This document shows, one piece after another, positions 38,677 through 50,890 of a stretch of DNA of 64,000 nucleotides (positions are counted from its first letter, which is position 1; each line of letters begins with the position of its first letter). Origin of the DNA: a virus (taxonomy: Duplodnaviria; Caudoviricetes); IMG/VR virus record IMGVR_UViG_3300037418_002116. One strand, written 5' to 3'. The notes under the pieces are model-generated. The model was not told the DNA's origin. It saw only the letters and a list, made by a program, of their open reading frames with translations, and ran no database searches. Both the position numbers and the translations under genes were made by a program.

Positions 38677-39232
38677 CGTCTTTAGTCTCTTTCTTTTCGT
38701 TTCTTTCCTTGATTTGATGCATCACATATACGAAATCATCGTAAGTGTCAAGGTAAGTGTCAAGGTAAAAATCGAAGTTTTCTTCTGAACTTAGAAGGTC
38801 TGGTTCCTCCATAGATTCGGCCATAGATTCAAGTACAGACCTTGGAATGGTTTTACCCGGTCTGGAATCGAGTCGCTGCTTCCATAGATTCCAATTTGTC
38901 GGCGTCGGAAGCGTCCAAACCATTTTTGTGTAGTCATCCGGTATCTTGGAAAGCTTCCTCTGGCGTGACTTGACCGTGAGATTGGTTTGATCCCAAATGA
39001 TATTTCGGCCTTCCTTGATCGCTTCGGCTAGGCGCTCTTGAAGGTTCTGTTCAGCCGCCTTGATCGTGCCTTTGAATACGGCATCATAGGTTGACTCCCA
39101 CATCTTTGCGACCGCTTCAATGTAATTGTCGGTCGAGAGAACAACAAACTCATTGTTCTGATTGATTTTTTTGATAATTGTTGACTTTCCCGATGCAGGA
39201 ACACCAACCATCATTATGAAAATTTTACTCAT
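38669..39232 (-). CDS. P-loop polynucleotide-kinase-like protein (AAA_33)
   Basis: GVPASGKST, LSTDNY, IIWDQTNLTVKSR, GKTIP motifs. Confidence 0.85.
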   Translation of the reverse strand: MSKIFIMMVGVPASGKSTIIKKINQNNEFVVLSTDNYIEAVAKMWESTYDAVFKGTIKAAEQNLQERLAEAIKEGRNIIWDQTNLTVKSRQRKLSKIPDDYTKMVWTLPTPTNWNLWKQRLDSRPGKTIPRSVLESMAESMEEPDLLSSEENFDFYLDTYLDTYDDFVYVMHQIKERNEKKETKDVD

Positions 39233-39388
39233 GTGGTTTCTTTACTAAGTCGCACTCATGGTTTCTGGACAAATGTCGAAGAACCAAATCGAAAGTACTG
39301 TGTTTTAGCAGTCCACTTTGTGTAGACGTACTTAGTTCCTATTGATGTAGTGACCACGATCTTCCTATTCAAGAACGGCATCTCTATT

Positions 39389-39962
39389 TCAGCCATCGGT
39401 TAGCTTCTTTCGTGGTTTTCTAGACTTTTTACCTTCCACAACGCCAACCTTGCCCAAAAGAGATTGATCCTTTTCAAGGAATGCAGTCATAGCAATGTTG
39501 CCATCCGCCTGCCGATGAAACATCATCTGGACTAACTTATTATCCAACTCTGCCGGAATATGTTCTGACTCAATTTTGAACAAAGAAATTTCCGAAAAAT
39601 TATCAAACTGTACAAGACGCCAGATAAATTTTATGTCTGGAATTTCGTCATGAATCTGCTTGGCAGCTTCGACAGTCGCTCGGACATACACACTTGTCAT
39701 ATCAGCAACGCTCCACTGTTCCGCCAATGTACTCAATCAGAAGCATAAGGAATTGGTCAGGATTCATATCTATCGATTGCCCACATTCGGACCATGCGTC
39801 TATTGAATAGTCGTCAAATTCTTCCATATGAGCATTTCTCGGATAGATCACGAAACAATCGTTATCCAAAACCACATGGAAGTCTGGATTTTCTTCAATA
39901 TATTCAAGCAGTTCGTTCGGATCGTTGTTTATTTGTCGATAATCGAGATAATTAAGCGTCAT
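39389..39962 (-). CDS. Two hypothetical CDSs (39389-39736, 39702-39962)
   Basis: Operon overlaps. Confidence 0.6.
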
Positions 39963-40849
39963 TTTTTGTACTTTCTCAAAACAGCTTCCATATCGGCAAG
40001 CACGTTGTCAATGGACACATCCACTTTCACGGCATCGGTCAAAGAGCCGTAGTGCGATTCAAGGCACTGCAACAGAAGTTCTTTGATCTTGTCTTCATCC
40101 GGCCCGTGTGGAAGAGAGGAATTGGCATAGAGCGTTTCAAGACTCTTCTCTTTCTCTTCGAACCACGTCTCGATTTGCTCTAGCGTCCAGTCGCCACGGC
40201 GAATCGACTTATAGATTTCCCGATCACGCTCTAGGTTTAGATCGCCAGTCGCCAAAATTTGTTCGCATTGCAGGCACAGGCGCACGACGTGATAGGCGAA
40301 CTTGGTATCCATCCCAAATTTCTCGATATCAGCGGCCCGTCGATCATTGCTCGAATTCTGCTTGTTCTTGATCTTGGCCATCTGTGCAAAGGCATAGCCA
40401 CGCAACTTGAACATGGCACCCTTATGCAGGAACAGCCTGCGATTCGAACGCACAAGCTCACCAACCGCCGTCGTGTGGATAACACAACGTCTAGGTGTGA
40501 AGATGGAATCGATCATATTCGGGTTGTTTTCCATCAGAAGTTGAAAGTACTTCACAATGGAATAAACCGAAATATCGTATTCCTTGTTCGAACCGTCTTC
40601 CGGTCGAATATGGTGTTGCTGGTATTGTTCAAATCGCTGGATTTGCTTGCCGAACCCAAAAATTTCCCCAGAAAGGTGCGGGAACACGATGTTTTTGGGC
40701 GGAATTGCAAAACCATAAAGGTCCACATCGGATGCCCCCGAGGAACAACCGTATGCTTCTGAACCCATGATTGTGAGGAAATGAATGTTGTCCGCAAGCC
40801 AGTGCGGCGGCGAGATTACTCCCGCCTTCTGTAATTTTTGAATTATCAA
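39959..40849 (-). CDS. Pol-beta superfamily nucleotidyltransferase (RlaP/PF10127-like)
   Basis: GSEAYGCSSGASDVDLYG, NNPNMID, GYAFAQ, KFAYHVVRL, IRRG motifs. Confidence 0.85.
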   Translation of the reverse strand: MIIQKLQKAGVISPPHWLADNIHFLTIMGSEAYGCSSGASDVDLYGFAIPPKNIVFPHLSGEIFGFGKQIQRFEQYQQHHIRPEDGSNKEYDISVYSIVKYFQLLMENNPNMIDSIFTPRRCVIHTTAVGELVRSNRRLFLHKGAMFKLRGYAFAQMAKIKNKQNSSNDRRAADIEKFGMDTKFAYHVVRLCLQCEQILATGDLNLERDREIYKSIRRGDWTLEQIETWFEEKEKSLETLYANSSLPHGPDEDKIKELLLQCLESHYGSLTDAVKVDVSIDNVLADMEAVLRKYKK

Positions 40850-41256
40850 AGGGAATGTATGCTCTTACTAAAAAAATTATTTCAGAGCATTATATACAAT
40901 TCAATGGAAATGTCAAGGGGCAGGAAGGCAGAATCGTACTTGCAATCCATTCGCCATTTGTTTCCATTCGCCACATTCAAGCCGTGGCGACGATGTGAAA
41001 TAAACAAAGCCGAATGTTGCCACGATGACCGTGACAGTCAATAAGAAAACTTTCAGATTGTCGCTCATTCTTCCCACTTAATTGAATTCCATTCTTCAAC
41101 ACGTGCCTTGATCCGGACAGTCATCTTGTACCATCCATGGATAGTGTTCCTATCCAATGCCCTTATTTCGGCCATAGAGCCGATTCTGGGGTACTTTCCC
41201 CAATAGGCGTGGATATGAACCGCACCTTGTGTTCAAAAAGGCGCTTAGAATGCTTT

Positions 41257-44200
41257 TTAGCACGATTCATGGTCGAATCTCCAAAACTCACGACCATTCT
41301 TCATTTCGGCAAGCAATTTTCGAACTTGGGCGGCATGAGCCTCAAACTCTTCATCCGAAAGCGGGCGAAAATATTGTTCCAACCGAACAATTTTGTAATC
41401 ATGCGGATATTTCTTAGCCCATTCCCATTCGGTCGATGCCTCCAATTCCTCTTTGGTGGCAAAGCGCTTGAATTCGATCGGATAGGTAGCCGAATATGAC
41501 CCATGAGGGTATTTGGAATCAGCGGAAAGCCAGCGAGGATAACCGCCTAACATTCCACCTTCGTCTTTTTGTTCGATAGTCCAGAATTCTTTCAAATTTT
41601 CTTTCCTGTCCCATTGCAGGAAGAGCATTTCGGGCTTCCTGTGGTGTCGTAACGTCCGGAACCGTTGCAAGCCGTGCAGACCTTCGGCTTTTCCTTCTGA
41701 ACGATTGTGAAGCGCTTAGTCATCTTCGCAAAGCTCCGGAAATTGTGAAGGGATTTCTTCGCATATTGCGGTCTTGGCGGCTTCAAGATAATCGTCCCGT
41801 TCGTCGGGTTCAAAGGCACCGTCACCATTCGGATATGCGAAATAAATCTCATTGCCGAACGGACAATCGGCGGCGAAGCGGCCATGACGAAGGCGCAAAT
41901 AGCCAACCAACGTCTCTTTCCAGTACACATCGTACTGTTCCGGGCACATTTCGCATGTCAATTCGAGTTTCAGTTCTTCGGCAAGGGGTTTCATTGGAAA
42001 TCCTTATAGTTCACGATAATTCTTTCACTCCACTTTCCGGACTCCGGAACTATTGTGACATAACCACCGGTTCGATACGTTGTAGCAGTGCGACCATCAG
42101 CATTCTTGTAGGTGATATAGTGACTCGCTTTGCGCTTTTCAACGTCTGGATAGAAACCATCCTTGATCAGCCAATTATGGGCGATAACAAATGGATGATC
42201 CTGAACTGCCTCAACAAATTCCGGATTAAGCTTGCGAAAATAGCTGTACTTGCCGAAAAATTCAGAGTTGTCATAAACCTTCAAATAGGTTTCCAGACGA
42301 ACACCCTTCGGAACCATTCCTGTGACATGGCAGTAAGCCATGGCGAGTTTTTCGGCAGGCGTTAGCTTGATCATTTCCCCGAACACCTTGGGCAAAATGC
42401 CTTGGTCTTTTCCCGATTGAATTTCCAACCGTCTGCACGGGCCTGTCTGATGCATCCGCTTTCCGTTTGGCTGGCATACTGTGCCCAAGGCCCGCCTGTG
42501 TAATAGCGGGGTTTATTCGGGCAATTGGACCCATAATCACCGTCGCCAGTGTCACAGTACAGGTCCATTGTATAACAGCCAATGACTGGCATCAGTTGTG
42601 TCCCGTTTTTCCTGTTATTTCCAATGTATGCCACCCTGCCGTACCCGGCTTTCCCGCAATTTGCGTAGTGTATCCAAGCTCTGCCAACCGGGCGGCGAGT
42701 CTATCACGACGCTTTTCGCTGGAATAGATCGCTCCACACGAAATGGAGTGATCAGACCATTTACGAACCCAGAAATCGAAATCCAGTTCACCAATTTCCT
42801 TACGAAGGGCCTTGGCACTGGATTTGAACTTCATGGGAGAGGCAAAAGGGAACATTAATTGTGACCCGGCGTCGGTGCATACCACTGCATCATGACCAGC
42901 ACAATCCACAGGGCAGCGGCAAGAGCATACATCATATCAGTACTCCAAAAATCCAGCGTTGTTGGCCATCACTTCGAAGTACGTCGGGATCATCGCCATG
43001 GTGGCAACACCATACTTCTTCAAAGCAGCGTGATAATCGTCCACATGAGCTTCCGGCTCACAATCGTTCATTCCGTGACGATCACACCAATCCATCCACT
43101 CGTAATAGTTCCGGTCGGCAAGGGTGTATTCTTCGTCATAGTATGCCGCCTTCTGCATTTCCCGCTCATAGCAGGCGTCAAGATAGGCGTCGAAATCTTC
43201 GGCAGTGTGGATGCCGGTCTTATTCCAAGCCTCGATATCAGTGTGGAAAATGCCAGCCCAACGATTGGAAGGGTCTTCATCGACCCAAGCCTGCGTTTCG
43301 GCGTTCAGGGCTTCGATGCGGGCAAGAAGATCAGACATTCGAATTCCTCGGTTGTCTCTACATTCGTGAATATAGACAGAATGTAGAGAATGTCAACCGG
43401 GAAAATTTTACATTTCGATTTTTATGCCAATTTTCTTTGCCGCCGTGATTATATCATGCGACTTGGCGATTACCATTTTGAAAAAATTATTAAAAGATTC
43501 CGTGTCGGGCGGATCAAATCTTAAAGGATCATCCCCAAATTCTCCGCACCAGACTGCCACGGAAAATTTTTTTGCCAGTTCGTAGTCTTCTTTGGACAAA
43601 TCTTTTAGGTGTTCGACTCGTGTGATCAACCGAAACTCTCCCCGGCCTTCTGTGCCTCTTGCTGATAGTAGGAATGCCACTGCTTGTGACAGTCATCCTC
43701 GGGATGGAATGGATTGGCCGACTCCGGAATGCCCATGCGAGCGGCCTTTTGGGCGTTCTCTCGAATTTGATGTTCCGGCGTCGGCTTCGAACCCGATTTC
43801 AAAATTTTCATTTTCATGCTTCCCTCACGAATTGTATGTGCCGACTTGATAGCTCTCGCCATCCTTTGACAAGTTGATGACGATTCCCGAATAGAACGAG
43901 TCGGAATGGTAGCCATCCCATGGAATTTCTTTTGGCGCAAGCATGAAATCGGACACATGATACCAGCGTCCTAGATAGCGAAAAAAACCATCGGACGAGT
44001 CGGCATCGTCCAGATGGTCAAAGTCTTTTCGAACCCTTTTCGGCACATCAGCGCCATAGACAAAATGTTTCCATTTGTTGTCGGTGCGGACGTGTACTTC
44101 GCTCATTTTTCGTCAAGTTCCTTCTTTATTTTCGTATGATACCTATCGATGCAGCCACGAATTTCTTCAACGGTTGTTCCGTGACTGTACGGGTAGGATG

Positions 44201-47200
44201 GATACGGAAAAAGGTCGGGTAAAATGTCGCCCAATTTGCCGAGCGCCATGCGAAAAGCATATATTGTCTGGCCTTTTTCGTCAAGTTCCTCGGAAAGCCG
44301 GTCCAATTCCTTGGCGGCTCTCCATTGCGTGTCGTTCTTGGACTCATAGAGGCGCTTGGTGAAGTCGGTATCATAATAGCCGGTCATTGTTTCTCTCACG
44401 GTTTCAGAAGTTCGGCAAAGCGCTCATAGTAAATAGCGACTTCGGCATAGCCGGAAGAATGTCCTTCATCCCAAGCCAGTCGCCAGAGAACATCACGCTT
44501 CGGATGATCGGAAAGGCCGTTGTCTTCTTCCAGAACCTTCCTGAACTTATCCGTCATTTCCTGTTCCGCCGAACGACGGATTCGGCGCTCTTCTGCCGTG
44601 GCACCGGACTTGAACGGAACCGGATTTTCGAATTCCCCGGCCTGTATTCTTTCATACGTTGTTTTGTCGCTCATTCCGTTCAATTCCTTTTGCTGATTTT
44701 CACTGACAACAATTCCGCCGACAGTTCGCCACAATCCATCAGAACCACGTCTCATTTTTCACTGTCCCTCATATTTCGAGTTGCAACCACCACGCAACAA
44801 ACCGTCCTGCCATGAACGAACGGTATGTGGTGCTTTGTACGCATCATAGACGGCCATTACCGAATTCTGGTTGAAATATTCAGGAAACGGTTCGTCATAT
44901 TGACCATCCACCATGCGATCATGGTCAAAGAAAGTGACCACACCATCATCGTGAAGCGTTGCCGTAATGCGCTGGCCATTGGCCGTGTACTTGCGACCGG
45001 TATTGAAATGAATTGTTTTCATTAGTTTTCCATATCCTTGGCGTACCGGACCTTGCCGTCATTATCGATGTAGAGCGGCGTATTGTGCGGATTGCCTTCC
45101 TTGACCCACTTGCGGGCGGCGGCAGAACCAAGCTTGACGACGTAAGGATAGACGATTTCGCCTTCCTCGTCGGTCGTTTCCTTGGCTTTCATTTCGTTGT
45201 ATTCCTTCACCGACATTTCGGTAACTGAATACCTGTAATCGCCCTTGTAATAGATCACGTACATTTCACGACTCCCTCTTCCAAATCTTGCAGACAATAT
45301 CGCCCGGCACTGCTTCACTCACATCCACGCCAGAGTCGAACAAAGCCTGTACATCAACCTTGGTCATCTTTGTGGACGAAAATTCCCGGCCAAGCTGCAT
45401 ATTCCGCCAGTCATAGACTTCGTACAGATTGTCGCTAATCGGACGAATTTTCATCCACTTCCTAGGTGGATATGCCGGAAGCGGCGCAACCTTAAGGAAA
45501 TCATACTTTCCCATTTCACACCTCTCTTAATCCTGCCGCATACCGGGAAAGTTCGGGTGGGCAGCAACCCAAGCCTGTGCTTCCTCTTTGGTGGCGAAGG
45601 GCTTGCGGCCAAGACCGACAGTGCCATCCGGATGTTCGATAGTGTAGCCTTCCGAAACCAGCGTCCAGCCGGCCTTTTCGGCTTCGTTACGCCACGGCAG
45701 CGAACCATAAATCGAAGCAGTTCGGCCAGTCGTGTGGCGATAAAAACGATTTTCGATAACAATTCCCATTAGCGAAAGCTCCTGTAATAGGCATCCTCTT
45801 CGGCATGAAGCTCCATGGCTTCCATGTCGGACCAGTAAGCGTCTTCCTCGGAAGTGATCACCTTTTCATCCTGATACGCCTGATAGGCGGCATCGAAGGC
45901 GAGGAAATCACGGTATTCCTGAGTCAGAGGGAACATGACACGCTCCTAAACCAATCTTCATCATTCATATAATGAAAATATTGGAGCGTGTCAAGGGAGA
46001 ATTTTGATTATTGCAATTTTTTAAACGGCATATGCCGTCGCTTTGATCGCTTTTTCGATTTCCGACAGCGTAAAGTACATGGCATAGATTTGAGAACCAA
46101 CATCATCACGTTCATTCCCGAATTCCATGAGCGTATACTTTTGCCCAAGCTTCTTAAGTTCCAATTCCGTTTGTCGTTTTTCCGCCTGTAGCTCCGTCAA
46201 AGACATGCCAATGTAGACGTTTTTAACACCCACTAAATTCCTCCACCATCCTCGTTTGTTTCGTGTCTCATTTTTTCGAGCAAATCGAGACACCATTTCG
46301 GTGTTCGTTCGTTCGTGAAAGAACCAGCCGGACCAAAGGACATAACGATTGGCGGTTTGCCAATCGATTCCCTGATAAGGTAGGCCAATTCTCCCTCTTT
46401 CAGTAAAATTACTCTGCCCATGGGTCTGGCGGTCCTTCGCCGGGATTGTCCCGTGCCTGTAGATGCTGGTAAGCATCCTCTAGATAGCGCTGGAAAGAAT
46501 AGCGCTCCGTTGGGTCCGTGCGCTCATACTTTGCCTGTGCCAGCCGGAAAGCTTCGACATCAGTTGGTGTATACGGTTTCGGGTTCATCTGAATGCCCTT
46601 CGAATAAGTTCGTATTGATCCTCTTGGCGTGTCGCCAAGGTTTTTCGCCACAGAACATGGCCACGCCAGCGCCAGACACGATAGATGATCGTGAATGGAG
46701 CCCAATCGTAGCCATCGACTGATTCCGGAATTTTTCGGATTCCGAACCAGCGTTCACGTTTTGATGTGATCAATGGACGACCTTTCCTGTTTCCTTTTCA
46801 CGAATGAATGCGGCACGACCATGGGTCTGCCAATCCCGGCAAGCCTCACGGGCCTCTCCAATTGTGGTACAATCCTCACGGAATGTCGCATTTTCGTGTT
46901 CGAATCCGTTCCATTCGGCACCCCAAATTTCATACTTCGGATTCTGGTAGTCAGCCGTCATTCTCCAAACTCCAAAAATGCAGCAACGACGCCGCAACCA
47001 CGATCTTCCTTCACCGGCCTGTAACCGGCTCGTTCGCCGTCCCAAAAATCGGGATCAAGCAATTCATCACCATACACCATCTGTTCGAAGGTGACGACAC
47101 GACCGGTCTTGCTCGATTTCACACCAAATTTGGAGGGAAAGCTACCGCCGAACTGCTTCGCAAGCCCATACAGGCAATGAGTTTTCTTCACCCATCGCAA

Positions 47201-47929
47201 AGCTTCGAAATCGACAACAATCATATGATCAGACCGCATCTCAATCTCCATTACATTCGTTTATATAATGAAAATGTTGAATGAGTCAATGCTTAAATTC
47301 AATTTTATAAGAAAGTGCCCGGCCTGCCAATGACATCCGGGCACTATTCGGCAATGCTGAATTGCGGTTCAGATGATTTCGTCAATTTCGACAATCTCTT
47401 CATCGCTGATAGGCTTGTACTGCGAAGCCTTATAGAACGCATAGGACCATCCGAGCGACATGGTAATGAGACTCGAAATAAGAACAATCGTTTCAAGCGT
47501 GGTCATTTCACATTCCCCAAACCCAATAGGTGTTGACGACAAGGCCAAGCAGTGTGGCCACCGGATTGTGGGGAAACATCTTTTCGACAAGAGTCGCCCC
47601 AACGAGCCCGAGAGTCACGGTGGTCCGGACTCTCTTGCTCTTTTCGAGATGCAAAATGCGCCTTTCGAGCGCATGAAGCTGGTCAAGATGATGTTGAGTC
47701 ATCTTGATTACTCCTCTTCTTCGTGACCGAAGCCAGCGAGAACGAAATTGACGACAACGACCACAAACCCAACGGTTGCGATGTTGGCGACGATGTGGTG
47801 ATCCAGAAAGGCGGTAGCGCCCATGTAGGCCATGTGGGAGATATGCTCCCCGTGGGACAGGCGAACCGTCAGCTTCCTAGCAAGCGCCTTACGGACTTCA
47901 AGAGCCTTATGAAGAGTGGGAGCGGCCAT
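41257..47929 (-). CDS. Large array of about 25 small early hypothetical CDSs with internal early promoters (near 43397, 45995, 47290)
   Basis: Dense head-to-tail ORFs with ATGA overlaps; includes a CxxCxGxG mini zinc finger (41592-41723) and acidic ORFs (42937-43338, 45769-45936). Confidence 0.6.
43339..43397 (-). promoter_or_regulatory. Early promoter with 11-bp inverted repeat
   Basis: GTTGAC-N16-CTATAT; TCTCTACATTC (43355-65) / GAATGTAGAGA (43379-89). Confidence 0.85.
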
Positions 47930-48025
47930 TCACATTCCTTTCTTTGTAGGTCGTTGCACTCATTTCTCTTACAATTTGGATAATATTCCGAATCTATATA
48001 ATGTCAACTCGGATTCTATAAATTT

Positions 48026-48781
48026 TTACAAAAAAGTTTTATCAAACAAATCAATGGCTTGCTCTGTAGAATCGATGGAATATGGAGAAATGGCATCATT
48101 TTTTAATCGGCCAACCACGATCAAGGTAGCGGACGCCACTTTCTGGTTTATAGATTTGTTCAGGACAGAGCCCGAGCGCTTCAAACGCACTTCCACATTG
48201 ATATTCCCTTCCAACGGCGGAATAGGCAGATTCAGCGGGTTCTTGCCCATATAGAACAAGCCTCGTTTTTCAATCTGGATATAGAATACGCCACCACATT
48301 TGTTATTGTAGTGGTTGACAATCAGCTTTTCAGAGAAAGGGAAAATTTTGGATATGGGAATTAGGAGCCCTTGATTCCGGGCCGCAATCCAAGCCTTCCG
48401 TGTCACACGGAAGGGCACTTCTATGACCGACTCATGAAAAGGTTCTGGGTCATAGGAACGGAAAAATTTCAGAAGTTTATCGATGTGAGGCGAAAGCGGA
48501 ATTAAGGCATCGCTCTTCACCATCTCGATAAAGGAAGAATCCAGATGATTTTTGGCAGGATTGAAACCTGTATCCGGATGATATTGGAAACTGGTTTCGC
48601 CCATTTGGGCATTGAACTTTTTGATTTCAATGTCGATGACATGGCCAGAAACCGACAACTTCAAATCCGTATCATGGGAATTAAAGTTGCCGGTTCCGCC
48701 ATCGAGCAATTGAACCGAAGGAATTTTTTTGATTACGTCTCTAACACGATTTTCATAAACGATACCGGCATTTAATGCCAT
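48026..48781 (-). CDS. Restriction-endonuclease-like PD-(D/E)XK protein
   Basis: GIVYENRV...HDTDL...IDIEIKK (E-D-ExK) pattern. Confidence 0.55.
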   Translation of the reverse strand: MALNAGIVYENRVRDVIKKIPSVQLLDGGTGNFNSHDTDLKLSVSGHVIDIEIKKFNAQMGETSFQYHPDTGFNPAKNHLDSSFIEMVKSDALIPLSPHIDKLLKFFRSYDPEPFHESVIEVPFRVTRKAWIAARNQGLLIPISKIFPFSEKLIVNHYNNKCGGVFYIQIEKRGLFYMGKNPLNLPIPPLEGNINVEVRLKRSGSVLNKSINQKVASATLIVVGRLKNDAISPYSIDSTEQAIDLFDKTFL

Positions 48782-48782
48782 C

Positions 48783-48905
48783 CGACTCCATTTCTAGGAG
48801 TCGCCCGGTTTGGGACTATTCAGTCCCTCATACGGAAGTCGTCTAGACGATTGGTTTGTACGCTAGATTAACCCGTTGAAGGCCGATTTCGCATACAAAC
48901 CAATC
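48783..48905 (-). promoter_or_regulatory. Multi-hairpin structured leader; last hairpin sequesters the SD
   Basis: 12-bp stem 48849-60/48894-905, GGGACT/AGTCCC, CGACTCC/GGAGTCG. Confidence 0.6.
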
Positions 48906-50043
48906 AAATCATGTGTTTAGCTTTGAAGGTTTCCCATTTCAGCTTTTGTGTAGAGTTTTTCTCGATACGCTTCAAGATTGCCGTTCTAGCAGGCTGTTCA
49001 GCGAATTGAGCGAATAGAATCGGAACATCGTCCGGCTCAAATTCCTTCGCAAATTCTAGTGCAAACTTCTTACGATCACCCGAAGATTTTTGGTACACAT
49101 CGTTATAGATTGCATGATATTTCGATTCTTGGCGATTTACAGACGCCCAGAATTCTTGTTCAAATTCAATTACCCTATTAAGGTCTTCTTCTATCAGTAA
49201 TGATTTCAAGTCATCGATCTTTTCTTGAAGGATGGCTTGAACAATGTTGTATTCAGCGGAATTAACAAGTTCTTTCGAATTATGCATTAGGCAATATTCG
49301 GAAGTTTTGAATTTCAGCATGTGCCCGTTGTCGAAACGAAGCACATAACCTTCAATACCTTGTTGGTCCTGAACACTCGCAATAAATTGGGCGAGTTCCT
49401 TTTGACTATTATATGTTGCTACAGTGGGAATATCCCAATGACCGGCTAACTCTTTCATCTCTTCCGGATGAAAATATTCACCAGTATCATTATATCTTAT
49501 AGCAGTTAATATCAAATTGTCAATAGGATAATCTATAACTATCCTATTTTTACGGGAAGTCCACTCAAATATTGGTGTAATTTCTTCCTCATCACAGTAT
49601 TCTGCAAACTTGTTGTACTTCTTATTGGCATATGCAAAATACTCTGCATTATTTCCAACATCCGTGATACCCATCTTTGTTCCCCAACGGAAGCCGTTGT
49701 GCAGACGGAGTGGCGTGATCATGGAACCGTCAAGCTTTTCGAACACCGTGTGGGGTTGCGATAGGTCGATAAGGTTCGCTTGCGTCTCTGGACGTTCGTT
49801 GATGTTGAAAAATTTATGGAAACGACGGGACAATAATTTTCCGTCCGGAGCAAAGACAATGCCTCGGCACTCACGACGGAGAGCATCATTCAGAGTCGTG
49901 ACGGGCGGAAACGAATCCGGCATGTGGACCACATAGTTGATAACAATGTAATCCTCTTTGTCACAAACAATGAATTCGTCCCGGCCTTTGATAGCCGGGA
50001 GAACATCATCAATCGTGCTTATTTTTGGAAATTCGTAAAACAT
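48904..50043 (-). CDS. RNA ligase 1 (T4 Rnl1/gp63-like)
   Basis: RECRG, FHKFFN, EKLDGS adenylation motif, FEW, EGYV, LKFK. Confidence 0.92.
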   Translation of the reverse strand: MFYEFPKISTIDDVLPAIKGRDEFIVCDKEDYIVINYVVHMPDSFPPVTTLNDALRRECRGIVFAPDGKLLSRRFHKFFNINERPETQANLIDLSQPHTVFEKLDGSMITPLRLHNGFRWGTKMGITDVGNNAEYFAYANKKYNKFAEYCDEEEITPIFEWTSRKNRIVIDYPIDNLILTAIRYNDTGEYFHPEEMKELAGHWDIPTVATYNSQKELAQFIASVQDQQGIEGYVLRFDNGHMLKFKTSEYCLMHNSKELVNSAEYNIVQAILQEKIDDLKSLLIEEDLNRVIEFEQEFWASVNRQESKYHAIYNDVYQKSSGDRKKFALEFAKEFEPDDVPILFAQFAEQPARTAILKRIEKNSTQKLKWETFKAKHMI

Positions 50044-50829
50044 TTTTCTGTTTCAATTCATTCAATGATTTGGCTTTAGACCACTCAAAATTGTATGGAT
50101 TCTGATAATAAAGAACATCGTCAATGTATTGATATTGATGAAAAGGGCCAGTATTTGCTTGTGGAATATCAGGATTCCCAAACAAATAATCTTCTGCCGT
50201 AAAAGAGTTGGCTACTGTTACATTGCCATCCCCAATATATTCATGTGTCGGCGGTTTTAGATTAACCTCTGGTTTCAATGCCGCCTGTTTGACTGCATCA
50301 GAAAGTAATTTATTCTTCATCAGTTAGATTTATAAAAGAATTTACAAACTTTTGTTCTTTTTCGAAATTAGCATTGGCGTATGGTTCGGTCGGTTCGTGA
50401 GCGACCTTTGCCAACTCATCTAGTTTTTCATCGACAATCTTTGTCGCTACCGGATGATTATTCGCAACTTTACGAATAGATTCGTAAATTCTTATTTCTT
50501 TTTCAGTGAACCACGGCTTATGGGTATTCAATCAATAGTCCTGCGGTCTTGGTAACCATCAACTTCATCAAACCTGTAAATGAAGGTGCATACAGAGAAT
50601 GGACAGATTGCTCTATCTGAACGGGTGATGTTTCCAGAGTATTTTCGACAAGCCAATGCATTGACCACATTTCGTTCGTGGCCTTGGCTTTCTGGAATGC
50701 CAATTCAGAGTCCCATTCGTCGGGATTGAATGGAATATTCTCGAAAAGCTCTTCAACAGTGCATTCTTGCTGCTTTTGGAAATTGTGAAAAATCGACAAA
50801 TCCCGATGTTGGGGAAGTATTACAGACAT
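50009..50829 (-). CDS. Three hypothetical CDSs (50009-50320, 50310-50531, 50518-50829)
   Basis: Operon overlaps. Confidence 0.6.
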
Positions 50830-50857
50830 GTTATCCTATGTTAGAAAAGGGGTTTTG

Positions 50858-50865
50858 CATAAATA
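50858..50865 (+). promoter_or_regulatory. Late promoter variant CATAAATA
   Basis: One mismatch to TATAAATA, 26 nt upstream of the 50891 ATG. Confidence 0.7.
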
Positions 50866-50890
50866 TGAAAAGAAACCAAAGGGAATATAG

